A stretch of DNA of 63,748 bases, the filler included, from Nemertoderma westbladi (lineage: Eukaryota; Animalia; Xenacoelomorpha), in assembly GCA_032718475.1 (NCBI GenBank). It is 3 parts of 3 records of this genome, joined end to end, with 100 filler letters (N's around TTAATTAATTAA, not from the genome) between each part and the next. Parts side by side here need not be neighbours in the genome. Positions count along the whole stretch, not along the records: positions 31,087 to 48,244 come from JAUCBJ010001853.1; positions 48,345 to 63,748 come from JAUCBJ010001597.1; 1 more part is not named here. One strand, 5' to 3'. Shown one piece after another: positions 37,812 to 49,821 of the stretch. The position numbers were made by a program, and so were the translations under genes. The first letter of the stretch is position 1, and each line of letters begins with the position of its first letter. A model generated the notes under the pieces. That model was not told the origin of the DNA, did not search any database, and was given only the letters and a program-made list of their open reading frames with translations.

Positions 37812-40005
37812 ACTAAATGACGGTCAATAAATATCCATCATCGAACTCATGGTCACATGCTGGACAATAGACTGTAAATTGGACTGGCCAATAGATTGTG
37901 GACATTAATGTTACCCATATACTATATTAAAGATATATAATATATATTGTTTTATTATTGTTTTAATGTTGACTGATGATCTCTCAACTATAATGCATAA
38001 TATAATTGAATTCCACAAAATAGCTTTTTCACCAATTTATAAACGAGTTTTCTTGGTTAGAGGTTTCTTTTCATACAAATTTCCTAAAAAATATACACTG
38101 TTGAATGCAATTATTCTGGCTCAACTTTATAAAGATTGAGGATATTTCTTGAGTGCATACTAAACTGTCCAGGTACACTAGAAGCAAAGTACCGGTACAG
38201 TTGTTTACTGCTAGCAAGGAGTAGTGAAACGGGGCGTAAATTTAGGGGACGTGAAAAGGCAATTTTGTGGAACAAAATTACGTATTACATGCAAAACAAA
38301 TATATTTGTTTTCCATGTAATAAATAGTTGTAGTTTACACTTTTCTTTTCCAGGCAAATATTAAAGAGTTTTAATAACATAGGATTATTAGCATTTTATT
38401 ATCATAGACGATTATTGTAATATAATTTGATGGTTTACTGTGCACACATGCCTCGCTACCCAATAGCGATAGCCGATATCTATACGCCATTCTATTATCA
38501 AATAGTGGAGAATGCAGAACCTGTTATATATATATATATATATATATTATGCCTGTTATATATAATTCCTGGAAATAGGTGGCAAAGTCGAAACGAACCT
38601 CAGGTGCGAATGGTGATAAATTTGAATCTGATACACTTACGAATCAAGAGTTGATCATATTGATCCATTACCTCATACCGAAATTATTCCCACAAAAACT
38701 TCCACATCAGTCTTGTTTCCCACCGCATTATATGTTCTGTAGATGTTCTAGTAACTGTTTAAATTGCCAAGATTGGAATTGGAGTAATCTCTTACTTAAT
38801 GAGAGAATCTCAGAGTTGTGAAGTGCAAGTACAGGTGTTTTGATTAATCATGCAGACCGAACAATGGAACCGAAAACTAGCGCTACTCCAAATGTGACGG
38901 TTGGCTAAAGGGGGTAACAGACGTTTCGGTCTAACACGTTTTGGCCTAGGACGTTTCGGCCCAATGAATGAATTACAAGATTTGCTTGTCGGACGTTTTG
39001 GCCCAAAGATGCACTTTACTCCCTTAAATAAGCGATTAATAATATGTTATTCAATATATTTGTTTTGTAGTTGTTACCATCGTTACTAGAGGAGTTCGAG
39101 TTGTCAGTAGGAACTGCTCCGACACCTGTTTGAAAGTCGTCAAGATCGAAGTTCCACATTATATTTATAAATAATAACTAATGTAATATTATTATTATTA
39201 TTTATTAATATAAATTTACACCAAACTGTAACTTAGAACAAAGATAACATATGCTGACAAATTAACTTTAGTATTATTGTGATGGGGTTTCCCCCATGAC
39301 CCAACCGATCGACTGATGTTGCAATTACTACGCATCGCCGCGTTAGGGAATACTGATGGCTGAAAGCCGGGTAAAATAAGAGTTTGTTGTTAATTATCGT
39401 TGTTAATAAAGGCTCAGATAGTTTACCGTTAAATTAATTACAGCTCAATCAGTATATAATATTAGTTACGGATGATGGTGGAAACTGTGCGACATCCTAC
39501 ATATATGATATAGCCAACAGAATTGGTAGGAACGTGATATCAATATGTTTAAAAACAGGGAAAAACACAACAACGTAGGCTTAACACGTATGATTGGCCA
39601 TCCAAACAATACACATCCCAATAATTGCTTGGTGTCCTTCATTAGTTATTATTATTATTTATTATTTCAACATACAAATTAATGTAATTGTTGCACTTTA
39701 CCGGTAGACACCCTGTAATATAAATTAATCGATCAGTACACCAGCTGAACTATTATAAATAACAATTTCTTAGAAGGTAGGACAGAATAGCGAAATTATC
39801 CTATCTATAATCTGAGTTACACCGTATAAGGAAACAATATTCTATTTATCATTAATAGTCGTGTTCGTATACTTCAAAGTATAATAGATACATTATATTT
39901 CTACTTAGCGCCGTGACCCCAATGCATAAATCAACAATGAAAATGAAACACACAAAAATTTAAGTTAATAGATGAAATATTAATATTGTTAGAAAATAGA
40001 AATAA

Positions 40006-43000
40006 TTATTTGTTAGTTTCATTTCTGATTTTCATCGCCTTATAAATGAACAGGCTCAGATTTACAAGGGCTGATTTGGAGTTCGTTGACAACAATTGGC
40101 GGTAATTTTGTTTCGTTGGGTCTCGCCGAAAAGTTTCGGGTATTAATTGCAATCGTAGTTCCGCATAAGCTGGGCAGATCAGGATGAAATGCATTTCGTC
40201 CTCTATTGCATTTAGTGTGCAAAAAACACATAATCTTTCCAATGGGTTTTCTTTCCGCCATCTGCCTTCTTCCACACGTAAATTATGTGAAGAACAACGT
40301 AGGCGTGCCAAGGCTTCTTTCAGTTTTGGGTGGTCAGTCAAAATGTTTAAGTAACCCTCAACTCGAAAGTTATATTTTATATATAGGGCTCCCTTAGAAG
40401 ACGCTTCGCAATCAGCCCACCATCCCTGGATGAACTGATCATGAAGCCTCCTCTTGGCGCTGGCAAGGAAGGTTTTTTCATTGTGTACATTTTGTTCCGT
40501 CCAAAAAGAGCTCAATCCAATATTGTTGATTAAGTTACGTATTTGTACTACCCAGTTTGTCGCACCCCTTTTACTCGATGTTTGCGTATGCATGTCCTTA
40601 AGCAGTGTGTAATATATCTGTTTTGTCAGGCGTTTCTCAGGGAGCTTCAGAATCCTCACCCAAAATTTTAACATAGCAAATTGTCGATGGAGACGTAGCG
40701 GTACCGTCCCTGTCTCTCCATACACCATAAAGTTTGGGGTTGTCGTTTTCACGCCCAGACCTCTCTTGAGAAACTTTAGATGTACCTTTTCCACGTCTGG
40801 ACCTGCGATGTCCCCCCATACTGGGCACCCGTAGTGCAGGATCGGAAGTATTAGAGAGTTGAATAGTTTGTAGCGAAGATCAAATGTGATACATGGGAAT
40901 GTGAATAGACATTTGTTCAACGAAAACAATGCCTTATTCGCCTTCTCTGCAAGTACACGTTGAGCCTCGGTGAAGGACCCCATACAAGAAAAGGTAACTC
41001 CCAGATACAAATAATGTGAAACCGTTTCCATAGCAACACCCTTGTATGACCACCTTTCTAATCTTGCAAGTTGCCCACCTTTGCGAAACGCCATAACATT
41101 TGATTTGGCGAGATTAACCCTTAAACCCCAGTAGTCGCAATAGTCACCTAACGTGTCGAGACAATGTTGTAAGTCTGATGGACTGCTTGCAAGTAATACA
41201 ATATCGTCGGCATAAAGGATGAGAAATAAATGTAAATATCCTATAGTAATCCCTTCAAAACCATCCTTCGCAAGCTCTGCCTCCAGATCGTTCATGAACA
41301 TCGCAAATAAAAAGGGAGACAAACAATCACCCTGTCTCACACCTGACAAACACGGAAAACAATCAGAGACTTCTCCATTAGAGCGCACACACGATTTGAC
41401 GCAACTATACATGCTCTTGATCACATCAAAAAGCTTACCACTGAACCCAATACTAGCTAGTTTTATCCACAGTGCGTCCCTGTTAACGCTATCAAACGCC
41501 TTTGAGAAGTCAATAAAGGCCGCGTATAGCTTACCAACTTGATTACGAGTGAAATGTTCAACTAGTCCATTTAACAAGAAGATATGATCGATCGTACTGT
41601 ATCCATATCTGAAACCCGCCTGTGCTTCCGATAGAACTTCCATACAGTCTGCCCAAAATGACAATCTTGAATTTACTATGCTGGTGAATAGTTTGGCTAT
41701 GCAACTAATAAGAGATATACCCCTATAGTTATCTGGGTCAGAAAATGTACCTTTCTTCTTATATATAGGAGAAATTATCGCAATCGCCCATTCTGTGGGG
41801 AATTTGCCAGATGCCAAAATGGCATTGAAAAGTACTGTTAAAATTGGGATGAGGAAATCTTTACCTTCAATCAGGAACTCGTTCAAAATGTTATCTATTC
41901 CAGGGGATTTACGTTTCTTCAATCTATCAATAGCATTTTCCAACTCACATTCAGTTAAAGCAACCGAAATATCGTTTTCGAACATGCCTTGGCACTCATC
42001 TACGTTAACCGTTTCTGGTGGTGAGATGCCTACATCTACAAAATTGTTATTATTTGACAGTAGGGTCTCATAATACTTTGAGAATGAGTCTAATGTAGGC
42101 CCCCCCTCGCGAGTTCTAGAACCTGTTCCTGTTGAGTTTTTTAACATTGCCCAAAACTGTTGGCTATTCAGCACCCTAGTGCGTTCTAATGTTTGTGACT
42201 GTTCTCGATCATATGCTGCCTTTGCTTGACGAATGCACTTACAGTACTGTGAACGAGATGTAGCTAGTCTGTTGAAGGTACTGTGAGTGGGACTATTTTT
42301 CCATGCATTAAATTCTATACGAAAAATAAAACGCTTATCCGCACATTCATCATTGTACCACGGGTAAGAAACATTACATTTATCACCCGGTGATCCGCCT
42401 TCCCTTACTTTGAAGTATCGTCCTGCCACTTGTCTAATGCAGTCAACTATCTCCTCTGTTGCATTATCAATATCCGCCGGAGTGTTAAGTCCTGTGCATA
42501 GTTTGTCGGCGATATTGTCTAATTTAGTTTGTACCACTTCTGAAGATAGCTCTTTTTTAAACTTATCACTTAAATTTTCAATTTCTACTGGCCAAGGAAA
42601 TTCGGCAGTGACAATAACGTGAGGACTAAACAAATTTGGGTCCCCAACATAAAAATTTGAGCAGTGAGATAATAGACCGCATCCAGCTAGGATATAGTCT
42701 ATGGTCGAAGCCCTAGTTCTCCTTTCACCAGGTGCAAAAAATGTAAACTTTCCTACGCCATCATCGCGCCCAGCCCTTCCATTCAATATTCTGACCCTGG
42801 CATTTTTACACAAATTTAGAAGTAGTTTACCATGGTTATTTTTTACTTCATCCTGATTTCTCCTAATTTTATTTACAGAACCTTCCCAGTCACCATTGTC
42901 ATCATCGAAAACATAATCTGGGGGCAATAACTCATTTAAGTCATTGGGCCTGTCAGAATATTCATCACAAATGAAATCATTCAGTTCTGCAGTTCTGGCA

Positions 43001-43527
43001 TTGAAATCGCCTGCTATAATAGTTTCCCTGCTCGAACCAAATTTAGCAATTCCATTTTCAAGTAAGTCATATAAAGATGCAGGGTCACCACAATGGGAAG
43101 TTGATCCTTCTGGGGGTATATAAATTGCACAAAATAATATATCAATCGGCGAATTTACAATAGTTCCACAGATATTTAGAAAAATTATATCCTCATTAGG
43201 TTCTAGAACAGTTATATGTCCTTCAAGCTGTTTTTTGTAATACACGTTTATCCCTCCACTAAAACGTCTAGCTTTGGGATTTTTATTCAACCTTGTTACG
43301 GCAAAATAATTAAAACCTGCAATATCCGCAATGAGTGAATTTTCAGGGCTCAGCCAGGTTTCTGTACATACAAAAATATCATAATTATTTAATACTTCCT
43401 GGAACTCCAAGTCTGGTAATTTGTTAACTATACCTTCAACATTCAAAGACCCAACTTTTAGTGAACTTATAGGCATATAATTAATTGGTCTCGAGTTCAG
43501 GTTACCGCCACTGGTCGTACTGGTCAC
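40006..43527 (-). CDS. LINE ORF2 (APE endonuclease + RT + C-terminal CCHC), intact
   Basis: SLNVEG, CTETW, GDFNAR, TIDY. QAGFR, FIDFSKAFD, GVRQG, LYADD, YLG. RLRCSSHNL-VE-GRW, C-FC...EDE-HF--CP. Called start is GTG; first ATG about 17 codons in. Confidence 0.97.
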   Translation of the reverse strand: MTSTTSGGNLNSRPINYMPISSLKVGSLNVEGIVNKLPDLEFQEVLNNYDIFVCTETWLSPENSLIADIAGFNYFAVTRLNKNPKARRFSGGINVYYKKQLEGHITVLEPNEDIIFLNICGTIVNSPIDILFCAIYIPPEGSTSHCGDPASLYDLLENGIAKFGSSRETIIAGDFNARTAELNDFICDEYSDRPNDLNELLPPDYVFDDDNGDWEGSVNKIRRNQDEVKNNHGKLLLNLCKNARVRILNGRAGRDDGVGKFTFFAPGERRTRASTIDYILAGCGLLSHCSNFYVGDPNLFSPHVIVTAEFPWPVEIENLSDKFKKELSSEVVQTKLDNIADKLCTGLNTPADIDNATEEIVDCIRQVAGRYFKVREGGSPGDKCNVSYPWYNDECADKRFIFRIEFNAWKNSPTHSTFNRLATSRSQYCKCIRQAKAAYDREQSQTLERTRVLNSQQFWAMLKNSTGTGSRTREGGPTLDSFSKYYETLLSNNNNFVDVGISPPETVNVDECQGMFENDISVALTECELENAIDRLKKRKSPGIDNILNEFLIEGKDFLIPILTVLFNAILASGKFPTEWAIAIISPIYKKKGTFSDPDNYRGISLISCIAKLFTSIVNSRLSFWADCMEVLSEAQAGFRYGYSTIDHIFLLNGLVEHFTRNQVGKLYAAFIDFSKAFDSVNRDALWIKLASIGFSGKLFDVIKSMYSCVKSCVRSNGEVSDCFPCLSGVRQGDCLSPFLFAMFMNDLEAELAKDGFEGITIGYLHLFLILYADDIVLLASSPSDLQHCLDTLGDYCDYWGLRVNLAKSNVMAFRKGGQLARLERWSYKGVAMETVSHYLYLGVTFSCMGSFTEAQRVLAEKANKALFSLNKCLFTFPCITFDLRYKLFNSLILPILHYGCPVWGDIAGPDVEKVHLKFLKRGLGVKTTTPNFMVYGETGTVPLRLHRQFAMLKFWVRILKLPEKRLTKQIYYTLLKDMHTQTSSKRGATNWVVQIRNLINNIGLSSFWTEQNVHNEKTFLASAKRRLHDQFIQGWWADCEASSKGALYIKYNFRVEGYLNILTDHPKLKEALARLRCSSHNLRVEEGRWRKENPLERLCVFCTLNAIEDEMHFILICPAYAELRLQLIPETFRRDPTKQNYRQLLSTNSKSALVNLSLFIYKAMKIRNETNK

Positions 43528-44180
43528 CCTATTTCGAAGGTGTCGGAGCTCGTAGGGTTAGCAGATTGACCCTCGCTAACGCCACCCGCAAGGTCACCAC
43601 GACTGGTACCAACCATGTCTTGGTTAGGACACGTTGGGTTCGGATCCTGTTTCTCGCCCTTACTGGGCCCCTGCTGGGTAGCCTCCTTGCTCCGAGCTGA
43701 GCGACTTATCATACTGCGGGAGTTGGCCCGTAGTTTGCCAATGTCACCCACACTACCAGATCGACTACCTCTAGTTGCACTACGGCCTCGTCGCTTAGCC
43801 GCCCCATTAGCGTTTTCTTTTATTGTGTGTTGAGTTAAGGATAACTCATCCGATATTTCGTTTATAGATTTCTTATGTTTTTTCGGTTTGAGTACAACGG
43901 GTGCAGGTGGGATCCCTTTGATGGGTGCTACAAGATCTACCGTCCCACTTGGAGGTACTTTACCACCAACTGTTGGTTCCTCGGCAGTATCACAGAGGAC
44001 TGCAAAACGGTTGCCCGCAGGAGATTTTTGTGGCTCATCTGACTTTCCAGGTTTAACAACGTTACTATTGCCGCGCGTTACTGGTATGAGATTCCATTCG
44101 CTAGGTCCAGAATTACTGGCGACCGAGGCAGATATACCAGCCTCACAATTCCTATCTCCCCTTGGTGTTCCACATTGTTG
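43524..44180 (-). pseudogene. LINE ORF1 remnant (~219 open codons)
   Basis: Stop-free frame from the minisatellite edge to a TGA overlapping the ORF2 start. Contains NRFAVL and a basic Arg/Ser-rich tail. Confidence 0.55.
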
Positions 44181-46215
44181 CTAATTTCTCCCCATTGTTG
44201 CTCATTGCTCCGCATTGTTCCTCGTTGTTGCTCATCAATGCTCATTATTGCTCGGTGTTCCACATTGTTGCTCATTGCTCCCCATTGTTCCTCATTGTTA
44301 CTCGTTGTTGCTCATTATTGCTCGGTGTTCCACATTGTTGCTCATTGCTCCCCATTGTTACTCGTTGTTGCTCATTATTGCTCGGTGTTCCACATTGTTG
44401 CTCATTGCTCCCCATTGTTGCTCATTTCTCCCCATTGTTACTCGTTGTTGCTCATTATTGCTCGTTGTTGCTCGGTGTTCCACATTGTTAGTCATTGTTG
44501 CTCATTGCTCCCATTGTTACTCGGTGTTTCACATTGTTGCTCATTGCTCCCCATTGTTACTCGATATTGCTCATTATTGCTCGTTGTTGCTCGGTGTTCC
44601 AGATTGTTGGTCATTGCTCCCCATTGTTACTCGTTGTTGCTCATTATTGCTCGGTGTTCCACATTGTTGCTCATTGCTCCCCATTGTTGCTCATTTCTCC
44701 CCATTGTTACTCGTTGTTGCTCATTATTGCTCGTTGTTGCTCGGTGTTCCACATTGTTAGTCATTGTTGCTCATTGCTCCCATTGTTACTCGGTGTTTCA
44801 CATTGTTGCTCATTGCTCCCCATTGTTACTCGATATTGCTCATTATTGCTCGTTGTTGCTCGGTGTTCCAGATTGTTGGTCATTGCTCCCCATTGTTCCT
44901 CATTGCTCCCCCTTGTTGCTCGTTGTTGCTCATCATTGCTCATTATTGCTCGTTGTCGCCCGGTGTTCCCAATTGTTGGTCATTGTTGCTCCTTGCTCCC
45001 CATTGTTGCTCTTTGTTGCTCATTATTGCTCGTTGTTGCCCGGTGCTCCCCATTGTTCCTCATTGTTGCCCATTGCTCCCCATTGTTACTCGTTGTTGCT
45101 CATTGCTCTCCATTGTTACTCGTTGTTGCTCATTTCTCCCCATTGTTACTCGTCGTTGCTCATTTATCCCCATTATTACTCGTTGTTGCTCATTGCTCCC
45201 CATTGTTCCTCATTGCTCCCCTTTGTTACTCGTTGTTGCTCATTATTGCTCGTTGTTGCTCGGTGTTCCCCATTGTTGCTCATTGCTCCGCATTGTTGCT
45301 CATTGCTCCGCATTGTTGCTCATCATTGCTCGTTGTTGCCCGTTGGTCATTGTTGCTCATTGCTCCCCATTGCTCCCCATTGTTACTCGTTGTTGCTCAT
45401 TTCTCCCCATTTTTACTCGTTGTTGCTCATTGCTCCCCATTGTTACTCGTTGTTGCTCATTTCTCCCCATTTTTACTCGTTGTTGCTCATTGCTCCCCAT
45501 TGTTACTCGTTGTTGCTCATTGCTCCCCATTGTTACTCGTTGTTGCTCATTGCTCCCCATTGTTACTCGTTGTAGCTCATTTCTCCCCATTGTTCCTCAT
45601 TGTTGCTCATTGTTCCCCATTGTTACTCGTTGTTGCTCATTATTGCTCGTTGTTGCTCGCTGTTCCCCATTGTTGCTCGTTGCTCCTCATTGCTCCCCAT
45701 TGTTACTCGTTGTGGCTCATTATTGCTCGTTGTTGCTCGGTGTCCCCCATTGTTGCTCGGTGTCCCCCATTGTTGCTCGTTGTTCCCCATTGTTGCTCGT
45801 TGCTCCTCATTGTTGCTCATTGCTCCCCATTCTTACTCGTTGTGGCTCATTATTGCTCGTTGTTGCTCGGTGTCCCCCATTGTTGCTCGCTGTTCCCCAT
45901 TGTTGCTCGTTGCTCCTCATTGTTGCTCATTGCTCCCCATTGTTACTCGTTGTCGCTCATTATTGCTCGTTGTTCCCCATTGTTGCTCGTTGTTCCTCAT
46001 TGTTGCTCATTGCTCCCCATTGTTACTCGTTGTTGCTCATTATTGCTCGTTCTTGCTCGGTGTTCCCCATTGTTGCTCGTTGTTGCTCATTGTTGCTCGT
46101 TGTTCCTAATTGTTGCTCATTGCTCCCCATTGTTACTCGTTGTTGCTCATTATTGCTCGTTCTTGCTCGGTGTTCCCTGTTGTTGCTCGTTGTTGCTCAT
46201 TGCTCCCCATTGTCG
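44162..46215. repeat. Complex decamer minisatellite, about 200 units
   Basis: Shuffled 10-bp variants CATTGTTGCT, CATTGCTCCC, CATTGTTACT, CGTTGTTGCT, CATTATTGCT, CGGTGTTCCA. Confidence 0.96.
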
Positions 46216-46672
46216 TTCTTGGACTTACTCTGGACTTACTAGTTCACTTTACTTAACTTTATATTCTTTGTGATAAGGAGGGAGGTTTCCGTTTGTGTTA
46301 AACAATATCTGATTTGATTTATAATCATTTAATAATTCTATTAATTCTAATAACTCATAACAATTTGCTTTAAAATTACAGTGATTGGCACATTAATTAA
46401 ATATTAGTTGTTTGCAACGATAATAATTAAACACAATGAATCCGCACTTTATGGAAAAATATACAAAACAAATGTTCAGATCAGATGCGTTATAAACAAA
46501 TTACAAGTTGTAGAAATTGTGCTGGTTAAAAATTCAGAGAGCCGTCCTTCAAACAGTGAATATAATACATATAATAATGATTATCATAAATCAATTTTGT
46601 TTTTTTTAATGTTCCAAATGCCAGTTTCATAAAAATCACGTTCTTTGATGGAAAATATACTATGTATACGAA

Positions 46673-46825
46673 GGCGGGGTAGCTCAGTTGGTTGAGCGCC
46701 GAGCCTATAATCTATTGGATGAAGGTTCGAGCCCCGCCAAGGTCCACTCAGCCTTTCACCCACTGATAAAATAGAAGCAGTTGAATAAAACTTGGGATAG
46801 GAGTAGCGTCCACCCCTACACCTCT
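46673..46825 (+). mobile_element. tRNA-derived SINE head and body
   Basis: A-box TAGCTCAGTTGG, D-arm GCTC/GAGC, B-box GGTTCGAGCC, then ACTCAGCCTTTCACCC...GATAAA. No valid anticodon or T stem. Confidence 0.8.
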
Positions 46826-48244
46826 ACCTTCGGGTAGCAGAACGGAGTAGCGCCCCCCCCCCCCCCCCTACCTTAGGGTAGCAGATAGGAGTAGCGCCCA
46901 CCCCTACCTTCGGGTAGCAGATAGGAGTAGCGCCCACCCCTACCTTAGGGTAGCAGATAGGAGTAGCGCCCACCCCTACCTTAGGGTAGCAGATAGGAGT
47001 AGCGTCCACCCCTACCTTCGGGTAGCAGATAGGAGTAGCGCCCACCCCTACCTTCGGGTAGCAGATAGGAGTAGCGCCCCCCCCCCCCCCCCCTACCATA
47101 GGGTAGCAGATAGGAGTAGCGCCCACCCCTACCTTCGGGTAGCAGATAGGAGTAGCGCCCACCCCTACCTTAGGGTAGCAGATAGGAGTAGCGTCCACCC
47201 CTACCTTAGGGTAGCAGATAGGAGTAGCGCCCACCCCTACCTTCGGGTAGCAGATAGGAGTAGCGCCCACCCCTACCTTAGGGTAGCAGATAGGAGTAGC
47301 GTCCACCCCTACCTTCGGGTAGCAGATAGGAGTAGCGTCCACCCATACCTTCGGTAGCAGATAGGAGTAGCGCCCACCCCTACCTTCGGGTAGCAGATAG
47401 GAGTAGCGTCCACCCCTACATTCGGGTAGCAGATAGGAGTAGCGCCCACCCCTACCTTCGGGTAGCAGATAGGAGTAGCGCCCACCCCTACCTTCGGGTA
47501 GCAGAACGGAGTAGCGCCCCCCCCCCCCCCTACCTTAGGGTAGCAGATAGGAGTAGCGCCCACCCCTACCTTCGGGTAGCAGATAGGAGTAGCGTCCACC
47601 CCTACCTTCGGGTAGCAGATAGGAGTAGCGCCCACCCCTACCTTCGGGTAGCAGAACGGAGTAGCGCCCCCCCCCCCCCTACCTTAGGGTAGCAGATAGG
47701 AGTAGCGCCCACCCCTACCTTCGGGTAGCAGATAGGAGTAGCGCCCACCCCTACCTTAGGGTAGCAGATAGGAGTAGCGTCCACCCCTACCTTCGGGTAG
47801 CAGAACGGAGTAGCGCCCCCCCCCCCCCCCCCTACCATAGGGTAGCAGATAGGAGTAGCGCCCACCCCTACCTTCGGGTAGCAGATAGGAGTAGCGCCCA
47901 CCCCTACCTTAGGGTAGCAGATAGGAGTAGCGTCCACCCCTACCTTAGGGTAGCAGATAGGAGTAGCGCCCACCCCTACCTTCGGGTAGCAGATAGGAGT
48001 AGCGCCCATCCCTACCTTCGGGTAGCAGAAAGGAGTAGCGCCCACCCCTACCTTCGGGTAGCAGATAGGAGTAGCGCCCACCCCTACCTTCGGGTAGCAG
48101 ATAGGAGTAGCGCCCACCCCTACCTTCGGGTAGCAGATAGGAGTAGCCCCCCCCCCCCCCCCTACCTTAGGGTAGCAGATAGGAGTAGCGCCCACCCCTA
48201 CCTTCGGGTAGCAGATAGGAGTAGCGCCCATCCCTACCTTAGGG
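46797..48244. repeat. 36-bp minisatellite, about 40 copies, runs into the gap
   Basis: Unit ATAGGAGTAGCGCCCACCCCTACCTTCGGGTAGCAG. Some units carry expanded poly-C. Confidence 0.96.
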
Positions 48245-48344
48245 NNNNNNNNNNNNNNNNNNNNNNNNNNNNNNNNNNNNNNNNNNNNTTAATTAATTAA
48301 NNNNNNNNNNNNNNNNNNNNNNNNNNNNNNNNNNNNNNNNNNNN
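48245..48344. other. Artificial contig spacer
   Basis: 44 N + TTAATTAATTAA + 44 N. Confidence 0.97.
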
Positions 48345-48369
48345 TAACGGTAGACTTGAGGGGTTGTAA

Positions 48370-49821
48370 CCTAGAGAGGTTGTTACGGTAGATGTTATCG
48401 ACATGTTCACAGCCATCCCACACGAACTAGGCATCGAAGCCACTATGCAAGCACTCAGCGAGGACCCTACGTTACCATACCGCTCCAAATTCACCGCCGA
48501 ACAACTTGCAGCAATATTGCGTTTCCTGCTGTTTCACAACTTTTTCCGGTTTTCGGGACACTATTACCTTCAGTTGGCTGGGGCGCCCATGGGAGGCAGC
48601 CACAGTGGAGATTACGCCATCATAAGTTGTTACAGAGTGCTCAAGAGGGCGATCGCAATCTCGCTACGGGTCCCGTTATACTTTCGAACATTAGTGGATG
48701 ACAGCCTGTGTGTTTACAACGAATGGCTCACTGACACTGATATAAAACAACTAAACTATGCATTCAACTCCGCCTGCTCAGACCTATACAATAACAACTC
48801 TATACAGTTTACCGTAGACTACTCCAGAAAATCCATAAACTACCTAGATGTTACTATTCAAGCTTCAAACTCAACAAAACTAACAACCAAAATATATAGG
48901 AAACCAATGTCTAATAAACTACCCATCGCATACTCAAGCTTCCACCACAAACCATCCTTGCTAGCCATAGTTCGAGCTGAACTGCTGCGCATTCGCCGAC
49001 TAACGGATTCAACAAATCATTTCAAACAACAAAGGCATTTATATCTCGAAAAGTGTAAACTCAGAGGATACCCCTTGAACTTCCTTTTAAGTTTGTATGC
49101 GTGGGACCCACCCCAATGTTCAACATTCACTGCCGCCGAACACGATCAGGACTTTCCGCATTCACCAAGCCATACCAATCAACAAAACAACATAAAACCT
49201 CCTACCCAACGTTTCTATCTGTCAACGACACCACAATTTATCCCTACCCTCAGCAAAGTTGTGCGTCGGCATAACAGACGAGTTCAGCACCTTGGTGTAA
49301 CATTACAAACTGTCCCACGAAATGCACCTACTTTGGGAAAGCTTCTAATACGTAAACAGGAACCACAAACAGCTCCAGGTAACCATCCATGTTTGCAACC
49401 CCGCTGCCTCACCTGCTTGGCAATTACGGATATGAAAGAGACACCATGGGGCGAGCCAATCATCGGTAGGTTTGATTGTAAATCCAGCAACATTCTCTAT
49501 ACCATTAAATGTAAAACTCACCCCTATCAATACTACCTCGGTCAAACTGAACAACGTCTGCACAAGAGGCTCAATAAACATCGGGAGAACATCAACAGCT
49601 ACAGGAAAGCTCTGGATAAGGCAATAAAGAACAACAAGCCGATATGTACTGTGACAACAACTGACCCGGAGGTGCTATTGCTTCAACATTTCAGTAGCTG
49701 TAATAATTACGAAGTAACATGCGTCCAGCAATTTCGTAACCACCAGCGTCGTATTCATACTGAAGCTTTACTCATTAATTGCCACCGCCCACCCCTCAAT
49801 AAACTGGTACCACTTCTATAG
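48370..49821 (+). mobile_element. Penelope-like element: RT (C-terminal part) + GIY-YIG endonuclease, Neptune-like Cys motifs
   Basis: VTVDVIDMFTAIP, YLQLAGAPMG, LVDD, INYLDVTI, IYRKP, RGYP, CLQPRCLTC, NILYTIKC...YYLGQT, RLNKHR, PPLN. 5' part cut by the gap. Confidence 0.93.

Larger units (their letters stand above)
39646..46560 (-). mobile_element. Near full-length LINE (RTEX-like); 5' boundary approximate
   Basis: (TAA)n-type tail at about 39646-39667, intact ORF2, ORF1 remnant, then a minisatellite and a putative 5' UTR. Confidence 0.8.

Noticed and set aside
38919-39005. Repeated ACGTTT(C/T)GG motif, probable transposon subterminal repeats
   Set aside because: Element boundaries, TIR partner and TSD could not be defined.
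44162-46273. 466-592 aa hydrophobic Cys/Leu-rich ORFs on the + strand
   Set aside because: All three frames are open only because the decamer repeat lacks stops on that strand.
46673-46739. tRNA gene (GGCGGGG/CCCCGCC pairing, D-arm, TTCGA)
   Set aside because: Anticodon and T stems do not pair and the 3' arm is too short; better explained as a SINE head.
46824-48231. GATPICYPKVGV repeat ORFs
   Set aside because: Translation of the 36-bp minisatellite, with frameshifting poly-G runs.
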